From NCBI RefSeq assembly GCF_009914755.1, contig NC_060926.1: a DNA stretch of 64,000 bases; one strand, given 5' to 3'. How positions within the stretch are numbered: the stretch's first letter is position 1; each line of letters begins with the position of its first letter. Positions 1 to 16,160 of this stretch are shown here, in pieces. Below the pieces are notes generated by a model. That model was not told the origin of the DNA. It searched no databases and saw only the letters and a list, made by a program, of their open reading frames with translations. The translations under genes and the position numbers were made by a program. The DNA comes from the human T2T-CHM13v2.0 reference genome, Homo sapiens.

Positions 1-620
1 CAGTGAGAAATCTTAGAAATGGAAATTACAGTAACAGATATAAAAGACTTTCTAAATCAATAATGGGATAAACTCTAGCCTGAAAACAGAGGTGGAAGCA
101 AATTAGTAAAACAAAGGATAGTATCGAAAAGTTCACCCAGAGGCTGTGCAGAGAGAAAAACATAATATGAAAGACCTGCTAAGAAAGAAGGAGGGATAGA
201 CTGAGGTGCACAGCATAGCTTGAATAAGAATTCCAGAGGAAGAGAATGGAAGGAATGTCATGGAAATAATATCTGGAGAAGGATTTTCCAGAATTTGAGA
301 ATCTTGAGAACAATGTGCCCTCCACTTATATTCAGACGGAGAAAACAAAAATAATCTGCACCTAGATATATTATAGTGAAACTACACAACATTAAAGGTC
401 ATGAGAAAAATCTTAAAATCTACCTTAAAAAGAGGGCTATCAAATTTAGATTGAAAGCAACCTTCCCACAGTCAACATTAGATGCCAGAAGAGAAGGAAG
501 TAACATACTCAAAATGCTGAAGGAGAAAATACTTTCCAGTGTTTACAGCCAGCAAAACTATTATTCTAGAGAAAAGGCAAAAATAAAGTCACTTTTCAGA
601 CATATAAAATTGAAAACGGA
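1..620 (+). mobile_element. Ancient L1 (L1M-type) ORF1 remnant
   Basis: ORF 376-627 contains RLKATFPQSTLDARREGSNILKMLKEK, matching the L1 ORF1p motif IRLTADFS.ETLQARREW..IFK.LKEK; A-rich + strand. Confidence 0.8.
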
Positions 621-1039
621 TGGATGATAAGATATATAAGAAGCATTCAGGAGGTGGACACAGAAAAAAGTTGGTAAGATATAGCATTAAAAATACATAT
701 ATATATATATGTTATTATAAAAATACATATATATATGTTATTATAAAAATACTGCCCCATTACCCTGCAATGAACTTTATCGATAATACAATATTCCCTT
801 TATGCATAATTTCAAAAATATCAATGTAGAGCAAACTCTCAGGGCTCAAAGAGGGAGGAATTTCTCAGCAGGAAAGGAGCAGCATGAGTTGACAATGCTT
901 TGGCAAGGAGATAGCTCCTGGGCTCAGGAGGTTAGTTACAAACAACATGATTGAGAAAACAAGTGAACTGATCCTATGAGAGCCAGGTTCCTCACCAGCG
1001 AGAATGGAAGTCAAATATGGAAAGAAGGAGGCTATAGAA

Positions 1040-2700
<1,661 letters not shown>

Positions 2701-2989
2701 ATAGAAGAGAAAACTCTTGGAAGGAAGTTGAATCTAATCAACTGATCTGTTGACAAATTGCTGACTTGTATTTGGCAAATTGACCTTCAGCCAAGTCATG
2801 TGGCTGTGTAGAGAAAGAACCTGATACAGAAAGCTGGATACCCACGTCGCCCCACAAAGGGCGTGAGGTAAATGGGTGTGTTTTCTTCATGCCAGGCTTG
2901 GTCTGCACAGGGTGTCCCCTCAATGCCTCTCATCAAAGCCCGGTTAGAGCCAATGCTCCCCTTCTATAACAAGCTTTTAGTAATGCCCC

Positions 2990-3990
2990 TCTCCTATCCT
3001 CATATGAAAGTCACAGATAATATATCCTAGCCATATAATTTTTTAAATACAAATATAATGTCCTAACTATAAGTTAAAGGAGAGATGAAAGGAAATAATT
3101 TGTAATATTAAAAAAATCTCAATATGTAAATGAGAATGATTACACTAGCAAACAATAAAATCATCAGATGTTTACACCTGTATTTGGAAGAATCACCATG
3201 AATGAGGCATCTAAAACTGCAAGCTGACTCAAGTGTCTTATATTTATGATTCAATTATCACGAGCACTGTTTCCATCAGAAAGCTGATTTTACAAAATGG
3301 TGAACAACACTTGGTAAAGTTCTGGGCAAAACATAGTACAAGTTTACCTCATTTAACAACATAATTGCATTCTTAGGCAAAAGAAGCATCAAAAATGTGC
3401 AAAAATGAACATGAATATAATGCCCTAAATATAATATCATGGAGAAATACACAGAAAAGAATAAAATAACACACTTTTCAATCTGTAAATGGTCAAGAGG
3501 ATGACTAACCTAGAAGACACAATGAAGTGGCCAGATGCTCTGTGTGTCTTTACACAGACTCACTAGGAATGAGATAGCTATAAACGCATAATGTTACGGG
3601 TATATTGTAGGACAGCTCCGATACCAGGTGAGGCATTGCCATTGGTGATCATGATTTTCCATGATCAGAAAGATGAACACAATTCTTGGTCAATTCCTGA
3701 ACATAATGAAACACAATCTTCTCTCAATTTACACAGTAGTTACTTCCTCTGGGAAAGTCAGTGCAAACTGCAATTGCACACAAAATGCTTTGTGCTACAT
3801 GCAGAACAGTTAGAAGCTAGGCTCTGCCAGTCAAAAGATTTTTCAACTACATCAATGTCCATTGAAACATTTGAGATTCCTGTAGGATTAGAGACAATTC
3901 TCCAGGCACAGGACCCATCCCTATCCCTCCTCCCCATATCATTGTGTCAACCAAAGGCCTCTCTCACACATTTCCAAATTCCCCTACAGA
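2990..3990. mobile_element. Two overlapping-homology fragments of an old hAT-Charlie element (Charlie4-like)
   Basis: About 3285-3420 (aaaatggtgaacaacacttggtaaagttc) and 3640-3800 (aagatgaacacaattcttggtcaattcc) align to each other and to the recalled Charlie4-type consensus. Confidence 0.5.
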
Positions 3991-6900
3991 TGGAACTTCT
4001 CCAGGCATCAAGTGGACTCTGCAATCAACCAGTTGGGTGGGGAACAGAATAATGTATATGGCTGATGAACAGCATTCTATCCCTGTCCCAGCAGACATCA
4101 ATCCTAAAGAAAGTTGAGCATTTCAGCTCAGAGCACTTGCTTTAAGCTCTTCTACAATGATGTACCCACCACAGGCTACTGATACATCTCTATAAATGAA
4201 TGAGCAGGTCACTTTTTTGATTTGCTGTAACAAACTGATGTTTTCTGGAAAGAGGTCAGAAAGTTCAAGAAATGGGAAGTATAAACAAGAAAGAAAACAT
4301 GCCCTCAGATGTGCAGTTAGAAATGGTCAGGCTTCACAGCTGGGGAACTGAGCCAGTTTCAAAGGCCTCCTTGCTGTAGCTGCTGTGGTCATTTCTCTGC
4401 TGTTTGGCAACTCCAACTTTCTCAGGTCTGATGGTCAGTGACAGTTCTGCTGGCTTGCTGGACAGGCAGTCCCCAAACCTCTCTGGTTCAGCTTCCTCCT
4501 CAAGTGTGGTCATGAATAACTTAAAAACCTTACAAGATTATCCTCAAAACAGGAGGGCAGGGGGAGGAATCTTTCTAGAACCTGCTCTGACTTGGTGGGA
4601 TGGGCATCACTGAGCACCACGAGGGGCCATTCAGGATCAAGACCTTGGAGTGACAGAGTCCCCACAAGTAGAATCACAGATTTTTCCATCTCTGTCTGTT
4701 CAAATTGATGTAAAATTCTGAGTGCTTACTGACATGTTATAGGTGTTCAAACATTCATACCTATAATTGTTATTATTTCTATTACTTTCTGTCCATGGAA
4801 TAATGAGAAAATCAACAGCCCCTCAACTATTTCCTGGGCCTCCAAAATCAGTATTTATAAGATGAACCTGGGTCTGTGAATCTGTGAAGGTTACTTTCAC
4901 CTGATAAACATTTTACTGTCAATCTTTCTGTGTCTTTTACTGAATTTTTTTAAATGCAACAAATCCACAACAATCTCAGCAATTAAGTGCACCAAATAGA
5001 AGTAATTTCCCAAATATAGAGCCAAACAGATGATATGCATGAATAGAAGATCACAAACTGGATACCCTCAAGGGACCCATTTCCCAGTGGGAGAGGGAGA
5101 GACTCTCCTCTTTCTTTTCCAGAAAACTTGAATTCATCAAAAACACAGCCCAAGAAACTGGCCTCCTCCTTCCTATTTTCCCAGTTGGCTTCTATGCTCT
5201 GGGAGAGCCTAAAGACCAGTTGGTAAGGCCACTGAGCAAAGTCTCTTTTGCCTGATGCCCAAGTCTAGCTTAACCTCAGCTTTGGTTCAGGCGAGACCTC
5301 TGCCCTTCATACCAGAAGAAATGTTTCTATGAATCAATAATTCTTCTAAATCTCAGTTGGCTAAGTGAGTCCCTCTTTCTTCGTGTCTCCCTGCCTATTA
5401 GTATCACTGCTAGGAACAATTTTGGATGGAGTTAAGGCCTTTTCCAGATTCCTCAAAGGGCTGGATCACATAGCATTGGGTAAATGAATCTATTGTTTAT
5501 ATTTCAAAAAGGAATGTTTATTTGCAGCAAATGCATCTTCTTCTGGGCCAGAGCCCCAGAAACTGTAGAATACATTCAAAAGACATTCAATAAAGATATG
5601 CCTGAGTCTTACAACACTGATGCAAAACAGATGGACCCCTGTTCTCTCCATTCCTGGATCCTGGTATTCAACATAAACATGAATATTCCTTTTCTTTCTT
5701 TGTGCTGATTTCTGCTCACAGCTAGACTAGTTAGGCTCAGCCTGAGAATGAATATAGGGCTGAAGACTCAATTATGGCAAGATCCAGGAGGAGGTCACCT
5801 CTCCAGACTGACAGCCCCTCTCACCCAGCCTCACGTGCATCGAACAACTGGTGCTGCTTTCTTCTCACTCATGTCGTGTGTGTGGAGTCTGTGTTTTGGG
5901 GCGGGGGGGGGCTGTGAGGTGTGTGTTGTCTCCTCAGTTTTGATGGAAGAGATGTTTTATAAAACTGTCTTTCCTACCCCCCATAGCTCTCAAAACAAGT
6001 AAAGACACACATTAGCAACCTAAATCATGTTGAACAAAGAAATGAATGAAATAAAGTACTTCTGGCTCTGTTCCCAACTATGGAAAAATAATTCCAAGCA
6101 TATGTCTTCCCAGCAGACTTGCTGAAACCTCTCCATGAGATTCTGATGCTCGCTGCTGAGCCCACAGACCCTCATGCCTCTCTCTCTGTGCTGAACAGGA
6201 AGAAATCAGGTATCCTTGACAATCTCCAGTTCCAGGAAACAAGGGGTGCAGTCTCCACAGATGTGCTAACTGACCCTCAGAGAAGGAGGAGAAATTATTG
6301 AAATAAATGCTAATTTTGAAAAGCATCCCATACATGCAAAAATGTTCTCATGCTACCCAGCATGCTTCTGGGATGCAGCAGGTGGCATATGCTATAATTA
6401 CTGCAGACCATACATGTACACACACGTGCATAATACCAGGGCAAATGAAGAGTGTTGACCCAAGTGCCACACCAGCCTAAAATCTTGGAGTCACAAAAAG
6501 ACTGGGAGAGGATATGCTCACTCAACCAAGAAGTATATTTGTGTGGCTGCCCCACCAGTCTACCAACCACACATGATACATGTGAATTTCATTGGTGAAC
6601 ACAGATTAGACTCAGCTGTGACCATACTCCATAACACAGTGCCAGATTCACTGTTGGACAATGATCTCTAGTCCTCAAAAATCAAGCATTCCATTGACAT
6701 AGAGTAGTCCAGGTGTGAGGCAAAGCAAGACATTTGCAATAGGCCCTACTGACATTATAAGCTGCCTTAGTCAGATAACAATGAGCTTGTCAAGCCAAGT
6801 CTACTATTGAGTTTATGCCACTGACTGATTAGAAGTGAGATTTAGAGAGTGATAGTTAAGGGTGGATATGAAGTACAATGGACAGTCTGAGACTTTTGCA

Positions 6901-7039
6901 TCTGTGAGATACAAAACTAAATGTTCAGCAGTTGAGTTAGTGTTTTTCCATAAACCAGAGTAAGTCTTCTCAGGAAACAGGCACCAAGGAGTAAATGTGT
7001 CCTGAAGCAAAATTGCAAAATCTCTAAGTATAGCCTGGG

Positions 7040-7079
7040 GAGAAACTAAGTGCAACAGAGAGAAACTAAGTGCAACAGA
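7040..7079. repeat. Perfect 20-bp tandem duplication (gagaaactaagtgcaacaga x2)
   Basis: Read directly from the sequence. Confidence 0.95.
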
Positions 7080-8116
7080 TATGCAAGAAGACACCGGGAG
7101 AGCAGAAAACCTGGAACATAGTGCCTGGAATGATGTGCAAAAAAGAACAAAAGAAATGAAATGGGAGCATTCTATTAATCCAAAACTGCAACCAACCTGA
7201 AACTGTCCGGAGTTGGTCAGGCTGGAAGAATTATCATAGCTAGAACAACCTCCATGTAGAAAGGCATGCTGAGTGGGTATATAATCACTTAACATGCACG
7301 GTGTCTCTCTATGTGCACATGTGAATGGTGTTAGAAATAAATGTAATCGTGAATGTGTCTGTTGAAAATAGAAACTTCATTCTTGAGCTCTAAGAATTCT
7401 TGAGCCCTTCCACAATTAGAACCATCAAATTCCCAGAAAGATTTGAGAAACCCCCACATGGCTTCCTGTTGGCAAAGAGAGGAACAGTGGGCTGGAGCAT
7501 GAGGGAAGGTCAGTGACCAGCGTTTAATAAAGTGTGAGCTGCAGTGACATTGTTAAAAGACACTTGTCTCAGCCTCCCAGCTCCTGAATGTATGTAATCA
7601 TCAGAGAATTTTTCTGCATGGAAATGTTTCTTCATTGCCTCCTAATGTTGGTTCTGGATGTTTGATTCTAAATATTTGCTTCTGTTGTTTCCTGACTCCC
7701 ACCACCGAAAAAAAAAAAAATGAATTCTCTTCCAAGAAAGAAACTGATGGGTCCCTCAAACAAAGAGACTCCTTGTTGATGCCACTTACGAGTCCACCAA
7801 ACACACATGAATATATTTGAATTCCACATAGCAGCACAGGAGGGACTCACGCTATGACCCACCACACAGTTTTGAGTAATGCTCACTGAGTTCAGACTTG
7901 GGGGCAGGAGAAAGGGCAGATGAATGTGTTCTGAAGCAAATTCACTAACTACAACCCATAGAAACCAGATGTGTTCTGGAGGGACAAAAAGCACAAGGGA
8001 AAGAAGGAGGAAGAGCTGAGGCAGGGCTTCTGTCCTAGGGAAAATTCAGAGTAATTAGGGAGAAAAGATGGACTCACACAACAAAACAATTCAGTGCTAA
8101 GTGTCAGGTATCGACC

Positions 8117-8290
8117 AGGGACTTTCTACCCTGGCTGTCCATTAGAGTCATTGGAGAGCTTTGAGAAAACACAGCCACCCTGGCCCCACACCAAGATATT
8201 TTAATGCAATTGAAATTAGATGCGGTGCAGGCAACACTATTATTTCAAAGCTCTCTGGATATTTCTAATGTGCAGCCATGCTTGAGAACA
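8117..8290. mobile_element. MER5-type hAT MITE
   Basis: ctggctgtccattagagtcattggagagctt...tttctaatgtgcagccatgcttgagaac matches the MER5A/B layout. Confidence 0.7.
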
Positions 8291-9748
8291 ATTTATTCCA
8301 ACTACAGTGCCTTTAAGAGCTCAGATGAGAGGGAGATTCCTGAGGGTAGGAGCAGTCAGGCAAGACTTCCCAGAGGGACAGGTAAGGAAGAAAAAGAGAA
8401 CCACGATTGTAAGGAAACAGGGAAAGAGGAGGTCCAGCGTGTGCCTGCTTGCAGTGGCTCTGGACACAAGCCCAACAGTGCATCCTTGATCTGATAGACC
8501 ATAGGAAGTAAGAGGGCCCCCAAGATTGGTGTACTCCCATACACACAACATGTTTCAGTCATCAGGATGCTTTTCCATCCATGGTCTTTGATGTGAGGTA
8601 GGCAAGCAGGGAAAACATAAACATACCCACTGCGCAATGATAAAATGGAGACTCAGAGAGTTGGAGTGACTCAGTAAGAGCAGTGTTTTCAGAAAATTAG
8701 TCCAGTGATAGCATGCAGTGTGAATTACAGTGTGGGAGAGAGAATTCCAGGAGGGCCCTTAGAAGACTGATACCTTCCTATAAATGGGAGGTAATATCAG
8801 GCCAAGGTATGGCAGAAGCCTTGGGAAACTCAGCAGAGTAAGAGCCACCTTTCTGCCATGTATCCCTCTATTTATGTTTGGTGCATGGGCACCAATGTTT
8901 AACACAGTAGGTTAAAGTTGGAGCAGCTCTGTCTGCATTAAGAATTGGGGAAGCTGAAGAACAGAGAGGATGGAGTTCACAGAGTGGAGTGGGGATAGCT
9001 GAGAACTTGATCGTCCTGCAAGGAGTGGCTTCCTACGCATGGTAATTTTAGGGATGGAGGAAGCTTTTTGTCCATTCCTGATGTTTCTGTCCAAGTAGAG
9101 GGAACTCCCTTGTTGAAACGCTTTGGTTTCTGCCCATCTCCCACCACTCCTTTGATTAGGAAATTTGAGAAAAATAACTCAGGATGCTCAGCTGAACTCA
9201 GATTTCATTAATTGTGGGAACTAGCTAGTCCATGGAAAGCAGGATTTCTCCCAAAACTCTGATCTGGATAGCCCTTTCCCTGTACCAGGCCTTGCCCATT
9301 CAGTGCTACCAGGCCTAGGGAGATGGGACTGCCTCATTCTGAGCTTCAAATAACAAGCCTACTTGGTTAACAGAATGGGACTCATGGCCTCCAACTTACT
9401 TGTTATCGGTGGTATATTTGAAACCCATTCTTGCTCTTCAGTTCATAACTTATTCAGAGCCCAGCAGAAAAGAGGAGTTCTATTCATAGGGGACTTCCTC
9501 AGAAATCCCAATAATTGACAACATTATTCTAGCAGGAAAACAAAGAGATTCTTGGCATGAATCCCATGACACTGGCTGTCTCAGGTGGGTTTTTGCCATT
9601 CTATAGCTCTGCAAGGGAAAAGACTGGTGACCATCTCCATGGACAATGTCCAATGCCAGGAAACAAGGGTGGTCCACCCATGTGCCTAGTGGAACAAGCT
9701 GCCTCTGATTCAGCTCTTGGATCCACTCTGAGAAATACTATCAGGCCA

Positions 9749-10469
<721 letters not shown>

Positions 10470-10830
10470 TTGGGCCACAACAGAGTCAAAATTTTGCAGG
10501 CATCTTGTTTGGTTACAGACTGTTGCCTCCATCAAACGCTTTCATCCACGCAGCCAGTAAATGATTGGCAGGCTCTGTTCTGTGATGTTTACAGCACTGA
10601 GAAAGTGCAGAAACCAAGGCAAATATTTTAATATTCTTTACCTGTTAAACAGCCTAACAAGCCAACTGATTACACAGTGTATCTTTAAAAGGCAAAGACA
10701 GTGTAAAAGATCATTTTTTTTCTTTAGATGAGATGATTTTGCAATTCAAGTTCCTTCAATAAAGCTAAAGTCTATGGCTTTTATAGAGCAAGGGCCAATA
10801 TTTGTTCTCTATTTTTCACAGGTCTTGAGA

Positions 10831-11092
10831 TTAAATGAGTAAATATATGTATTCATATATATTTAATATATATTAAATGAGTAAATATATATTCATATAT
10901 ATTTGATATATTTGAATATCTATACACTATATTTGAATATATATACACTATATATTCATATATATAGTGTATATATGAGTAATATATATATTTATATTTT
11001 TATATATTATATATATTATATATCTTTTATATATTTATATATTATATATATTATGTATCTCTTATATATAATATATATATTATATATATATT
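10831..11092. repeat. AT-rich (TA)n low-complexity tract with an internal ~34-bp duplication
   Basis: Degenerate (TA)n; ttaaatgagtaaatatat.tattcatatatattt occurs twice. Confidence 0.9.
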
Positions 11093-12611
11093 TTCTTTGA
11101 GGGCTAAGCTTTTCACAAGGTCTTGGACTAAGCGACCTGGTCATCCAGAGGCTGCAGCTACTTGCTGATGCCAGAACATATGTCCCCTTGACATTTGGTC
11201 ATAAGCTCATTTGTCAATATAACTTCCTCGTACCTGAGACTCCTAGGTCACTTTCTGCCCTAAGAGGATGTGGAATAAGTGCATATATTCAGCCCAAAAT
11301 ACAGTTAAGTCATGTGATGTGTAGAGAAAACAGAAATTCAATATATTTTTTTTTTGCTATTGGGACTTGTTTTTTAACAATGTCTACTTTTAACATTTGT
11401 TTTAGTGATTTGCTCCCAATTTACACCAGTTACATTGCCGAGTCCCATCCCCCCTTTATTAGCCCACTTCTGTTGCATATCTAAATAAACTTGGCTGTGG
11501 CTCAAACTTATACCAATTTGCCAGTTTTGTGCCCCCCTCTTCCTACTCCTCAGGGCATGGGGGAAGCCAGGTGTGCTAGGTGGAGGCGGGGCTTTGGCAA
11601 CTCAGGAGATGTGAATTTTGGCAGGCATTAGTTCTCACTGGAAATGTGCCCCCAAAAGTGTGGCACAAGAACCTAAGTGACTACACCTGCAAAGAGAGCA
11701 ATTCCTCGAGAAGCTCAGTGCTAAGGAATGGGGAGACGGCTGTGTCCTATTTCCCACTACCCTCCACATGAGGCCCTAGAGAAAAAATTTTCTGTCCTAG
11801 CCAGAGAGGTAGGAGAGAGCTGTTGCCACTTCTGGGGTTCTGAGCCTTTTGCCGGCAATGTTGTCCTTATCTTTCCTCCCTTCTCCTATTTCTTTCTGGT
11901 TTATCTATCTCTCAATGTCCAGTTCAAGTTTTGCCTCCTCCAGGAAGTCTTCCCTGACTGCTCCTGCCAGAAGCAACTGCCTCTTCAAAGATAAGAAGCA
12001 TCTACCGCCTGTCCAGCCCTGTAGATGCTACCAACATCTGATTTTACTGTTTGAAGAACTTTTTCCAGACACAAATAATACAAGAGAGAACAAAAAACAA
12101 TACAATTTTTTAAAAAGTATCCAGGAGCAACATAAAGTTCAAACTATGATGCTTTCAGGTGAAAACAAGGGACCAGAAAGGGCTGAGAGTCATGGAGGGA
12201 CATCAGGGTTCATCTAGTTCTGACTCTATTTGAAGTCTTCTCTTAAAAAATCATCTCTAAAAAGCTCTGCATACAGATACTACTCAAAACCTTCTAGAGG
12301 CAGGGAATGTAGTTTTTCTCCCTCACTCACTTTTGGAGCATCTCTGAAAGTCAAAAATAGTTCCTTAGATTGGCTCATAGTGTATTTCCTTGTGTGATAA
12401 TTGGAAAAATATTACAGCATTAAGATGAACTCTTCCATTCATTCTTTCATACCATCTATTTCTGTATAATATCACTGAGTATCAGATTCCATCTATCTGT
12501 CTATCTCTCTATCTAGTGCAACTGCTCAACCAGCCCAATGAAACATCAACAACCAAGTCCTCCCAAGCACAGGTAGCCTGCAGCCTTACAACCAGACACT
12601 AAAGCTATTTG

Positions 12612-13250
12612 TTCATTCATTCATTCAATCCTCTATTTAGAGAATAAACCAGATACCAGACATTGTTCTTGAGACTGGCTGTGCAGCAGAGAGCAAAATA
12701 AGCAAAGAACCTACCTTCAGGGAGCCTGTGCTCTAATAAGGGAGACAGGTTAACAAGAAATCATAAGCATATACACAGGATCAGGCAGTGAAATATGCTC
12801 TGCAGGAAAATAAAGCCATATTGATGGATAGACAGTGATTGAGAGTCGGAGGAGGTGACATTGGGGTGGCGACCTGAGTGAATTGCAGAAACAAGCCATG
12901 TCACTATCTGAAAGACGAAGCTTCCAGGGGGAAGAAGATCTAGTGCCAATGCCAAGGCAGGGGTTTTCTTGGTGAATTAAATGAGAAAAACCAAGGCCTG
13001 TGCAGTTGGAAAACAGTGATCCAGGAAGGATGCAGGGGAGAAATGAGGTCGGGGGCTAGACAGAGCTTGATGGAGGCCTGTGGACCATGGTGAGCGTGGT
13101 GGCTTCATTCTTAGCGTGATAAGAAGCTGTTGCAGGGTTTTGAGGAGAGCCATAGCCTGGTGTAAGTTTCACAATGCCACACTGTCTGTTCTGCAGGAAA
13201 GAGAATAGATTGCGCAGGGCCCAGAGTGGAGGCTGGGAGCCCAGGCAAGA
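12612..13250 (-). mobile_element. L2 3' fragment
   Basis: ttcattcattcattcaa tail followed by typical reverse-complement L2 3' sequence. Confidence 0.75.
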
Positions 13251-14889
13251 ATCTCTCTTGCTTATTCCTGCTGTTTCCTGTGTACCATCTTCCCACCTCA
13301 GTTGCAATCTGTTCCAGGGCAGACTGTTCTGGTCTGTGTGGAAACCCCGCTGCTTGGCTCCAGGGAACCTTCCAGAGCCTGAAACAGCTCCCTACATTCC
13401 ACCCACCATGTTCCCCTTTCCTTTGTAACCCAACCTAATATGCCTGCACCACAATTTCCCTGTTTTTGTGCCCTTCCCCAAACACTCAGCCTGCCCACTT
13501 TCAGGGTCAAATCCTGTTCAGATAGTGCTAGGGGACTAGCAAACTAATCTCACACAGTGGTTCTCACTAAGTTGTAAATGGCAGGTGTAATGCTATGAAG
13601 AAATGTCCAGGAGGCATTTCTTCAGTGCCTATTCCAAAAGAATAGAGCTTTAGCAATATCATTTCAGAACCCATAACAGACTTCACACAAAGTATTGGCA
13701 GGATGTTAGGCCCTCCATAAAATTACAAGAAAAAGAAATAAGACCATAGATTTCAACATTGACATTATTGCAAATTAGATCATGAACATAGAATTCATCC
13801 AACGCCTGGTATGGCAAGGCTATAAAAAGCTGTCTAATCAAGCCAACCCATTTTAGAGATGAAGGAACTGAGGCTCCCAAATTAGAAGGCTTTGGCAGAG
13901 AAATCACGGGATTGGTTTGCTCTAAATTGTGAAAATTGTACAATAGGAATGGCTAGCATGATGCTGACAACTTTTATCATCATTATTATTTTGCTAATTA
14001 TGCTCCATTTCTCCTTCAATCTCTTCCTCTCTATGGAATCCACCACTTATGACTCAGAACTCACTTGGCATCTAGAGTCAGGTCCCCGGGGCATGAGTAG
14101 ATACAACCCTACTGATCCACATTTTGACTCACCTATCCAATGGACTCAGCCCCAAAAGTAGAGGTGATCTGGCTTGGGAAAGCATCAACAGTATGAGCAC
14201 TGATCCCTAACACCTGTCATTGTGCAGGCCATCCACAGTGTGTTACCTGGGGACATTTAAGAAAGCATACATTTGTTCAAAAACAGGAACTGAAGGAAGG
14301 AAAGCTTCTTACTTGCCGTTCACTGGACTCAGGTACCACTTGGGCGCTGGCTTCTCAGAGGACCCTGGCCACCTCCGAGAATGCTGGCCCTCCAGTGCAT
14401 CCAGACAGAGAAGGAAGGATCCTATGGTCTGCAGCCTCAAGGACGGCTGCACCACTGAAGCTTCAGATTAAATATTTTTGTGATTCCATAAGCAGAAAAC
14501 AAACTGTTCTCAATGAATGACAGGCACAGCACAGATGCCACCTATTAAATAATTAAAATAAAGTAGAAATTAAAAATAAACAGTGGGAAATGATTTGAAA
14601 CACACACAACCAAAGGATGCAGAAAAATATCTTGGGAATGAAGAAGTGAGTAAAATTAGATTTGAGTGATTTCTAAATTCAATTGCATCTAGATTAACTG
14701 GCTGTCTTTCTCCCAGAGTCAGCACGAAATAAGCAATACCTACACTGAGAAATCCTAGAAGCAAGTGCACTGCTAATGCAGCCACGGTGCCACTTCTGAT
14801 GGTCCCAGCATTTGCCCATGAAGACAAGATGGGAAGGTATAAAGTGAGATACGAAGAAAGGAAAATGAAAATAGAATTTGTAGTGGTCG

Positions 14890-15405
14890 GCAAATGCTGT
14901 GTAATGAACAATCACAGAATCTTAGTAACACACAACAATAAACACTTGTCTCTCTCAAATTTGTGGGTCAGTTATAAATTTGCTGATTTACACTGGGCTT
15001 GGCTAAATGCCTCTGCTTCAAGCTGCAGATCAGGTTGTGCTTGACATATCTCAACTGAAGTTTGGGCTCTGGTCAATTTTATGCGTGCCTATTCTAGGAC
15101 TTAGGCCAAAATGGTAAAAGCAATCCAGAGGCAACTTGCATCCTGGTAAAGACAGAAATTTCAAGGTGGATGGAAACACGCAATTCCTCTGAAGCCTCAA
15201 CTGGGAACTGGCATACTGCCACTTCTACCTACATTCCACTAGCCAGTATAAGTCCCATAGTCAAGCCAATTTTGATGAGATGGGAAAATACACTCCACCT
15301 ACTCTGATAACTGGTACTGCAAAGCCACATGGGAAAGAAAGTGGGTATGTAATTCTAATGTAGAAGATCATAAAGAACTGCAAACAATGATTCATTCCAC
15401 TTCAG
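14890..15405 (-). mobile_element. Old MLT1-type MaLR LTR
   Basis: gctgtgtaat...cacagaatcttagt...acaacaataaacac and gccacttctacctacattccactagccag...agtcccatagtcaagcc are reverse-complement MLT1 hallmarks. Confidence 0.65.
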
Positions 15406-15480
15406 GTTTTATTTCACATGACGCTTTCCAAAGAAAATTGTTAAATTGTTTCTGGGGTCCTTCAAGATGATGGTCCAGAC

Positions 15481-15817
15481 CATGGTTCAGCAAACAGTAG
15501 CCCACAGACCAAATCCAGCTCACCACCTGTTTTTGTATGTACTGCAAACCAAAATGAGTTTTTATATTTTTAAATCATTGGGAGAAAAAAATCAAAAGAA
15601 TGGTGGTTGGTAACACATGAAAATTACATGAAGTTCAAAAATCAGTATCTATAAATAAAGTTTCATTGTACCATAGCCATACTCATTTGCTTTTGTATTA
15701 ACTATGCTTCTTTTATATGACATTGCCAGAGTTGAGTAGTTACAGCAGAGACCATATGGCCTACAAAGTCTGAAATAGCAACTCTGACCCTTCAAAGAAA
15801 AAGTTTGCTGACTTCTG
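15481..15817. mobile_element. MER58B-like hAT element
   Basis: TIRs catggttcagcaaac and gtttgctgacttctg; 8-bp TSD gtccagac (15473-15480) and gtctagac (15818-15825); ~340 bp. Confidence 0.85.
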
Positions 15818-15825
15818 GTCTAGAC

Positions 15826-16160
15826 CACCATTGTCCAATAGAAAAATAATGTGAGCCACATATGGATTTTAAATAATCTAGTAGGCACATTAAAAAGGTA
15901 AAAAGAAATCAGTGACATTAATTGTAATAATATATATATTTAATCAAATATGTCCAAAATAGTACATTTCAAAAAAGTAAAAATGAGATTTTTTTTATAC
16001 TAAGTCTTTAAAATCTGGCACATATAAAATACTTTATTCTGTGGTGTATAAAATCTGGGGTGTATAAAATATTATATACTTACAGCACAGATCATTTCAG
16101 ACTACACACATTTCAAGTGCTCAATAGCCATATGTATGTATCTGGTGGGGACCCTGTAGG
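15826..16160. mobile_element. MER33-like hAT element
   Basis: ttgtccaatagaaaaataatgtgagccacatatg...catttcaagtgctcaatagccatatg. Confidence 0.8.

Noticed and set aside
3591-4052. 153-aa ORF
   Set aside because: Lies within a non-coding hAT/Charlie remnant; no transposase motifs.
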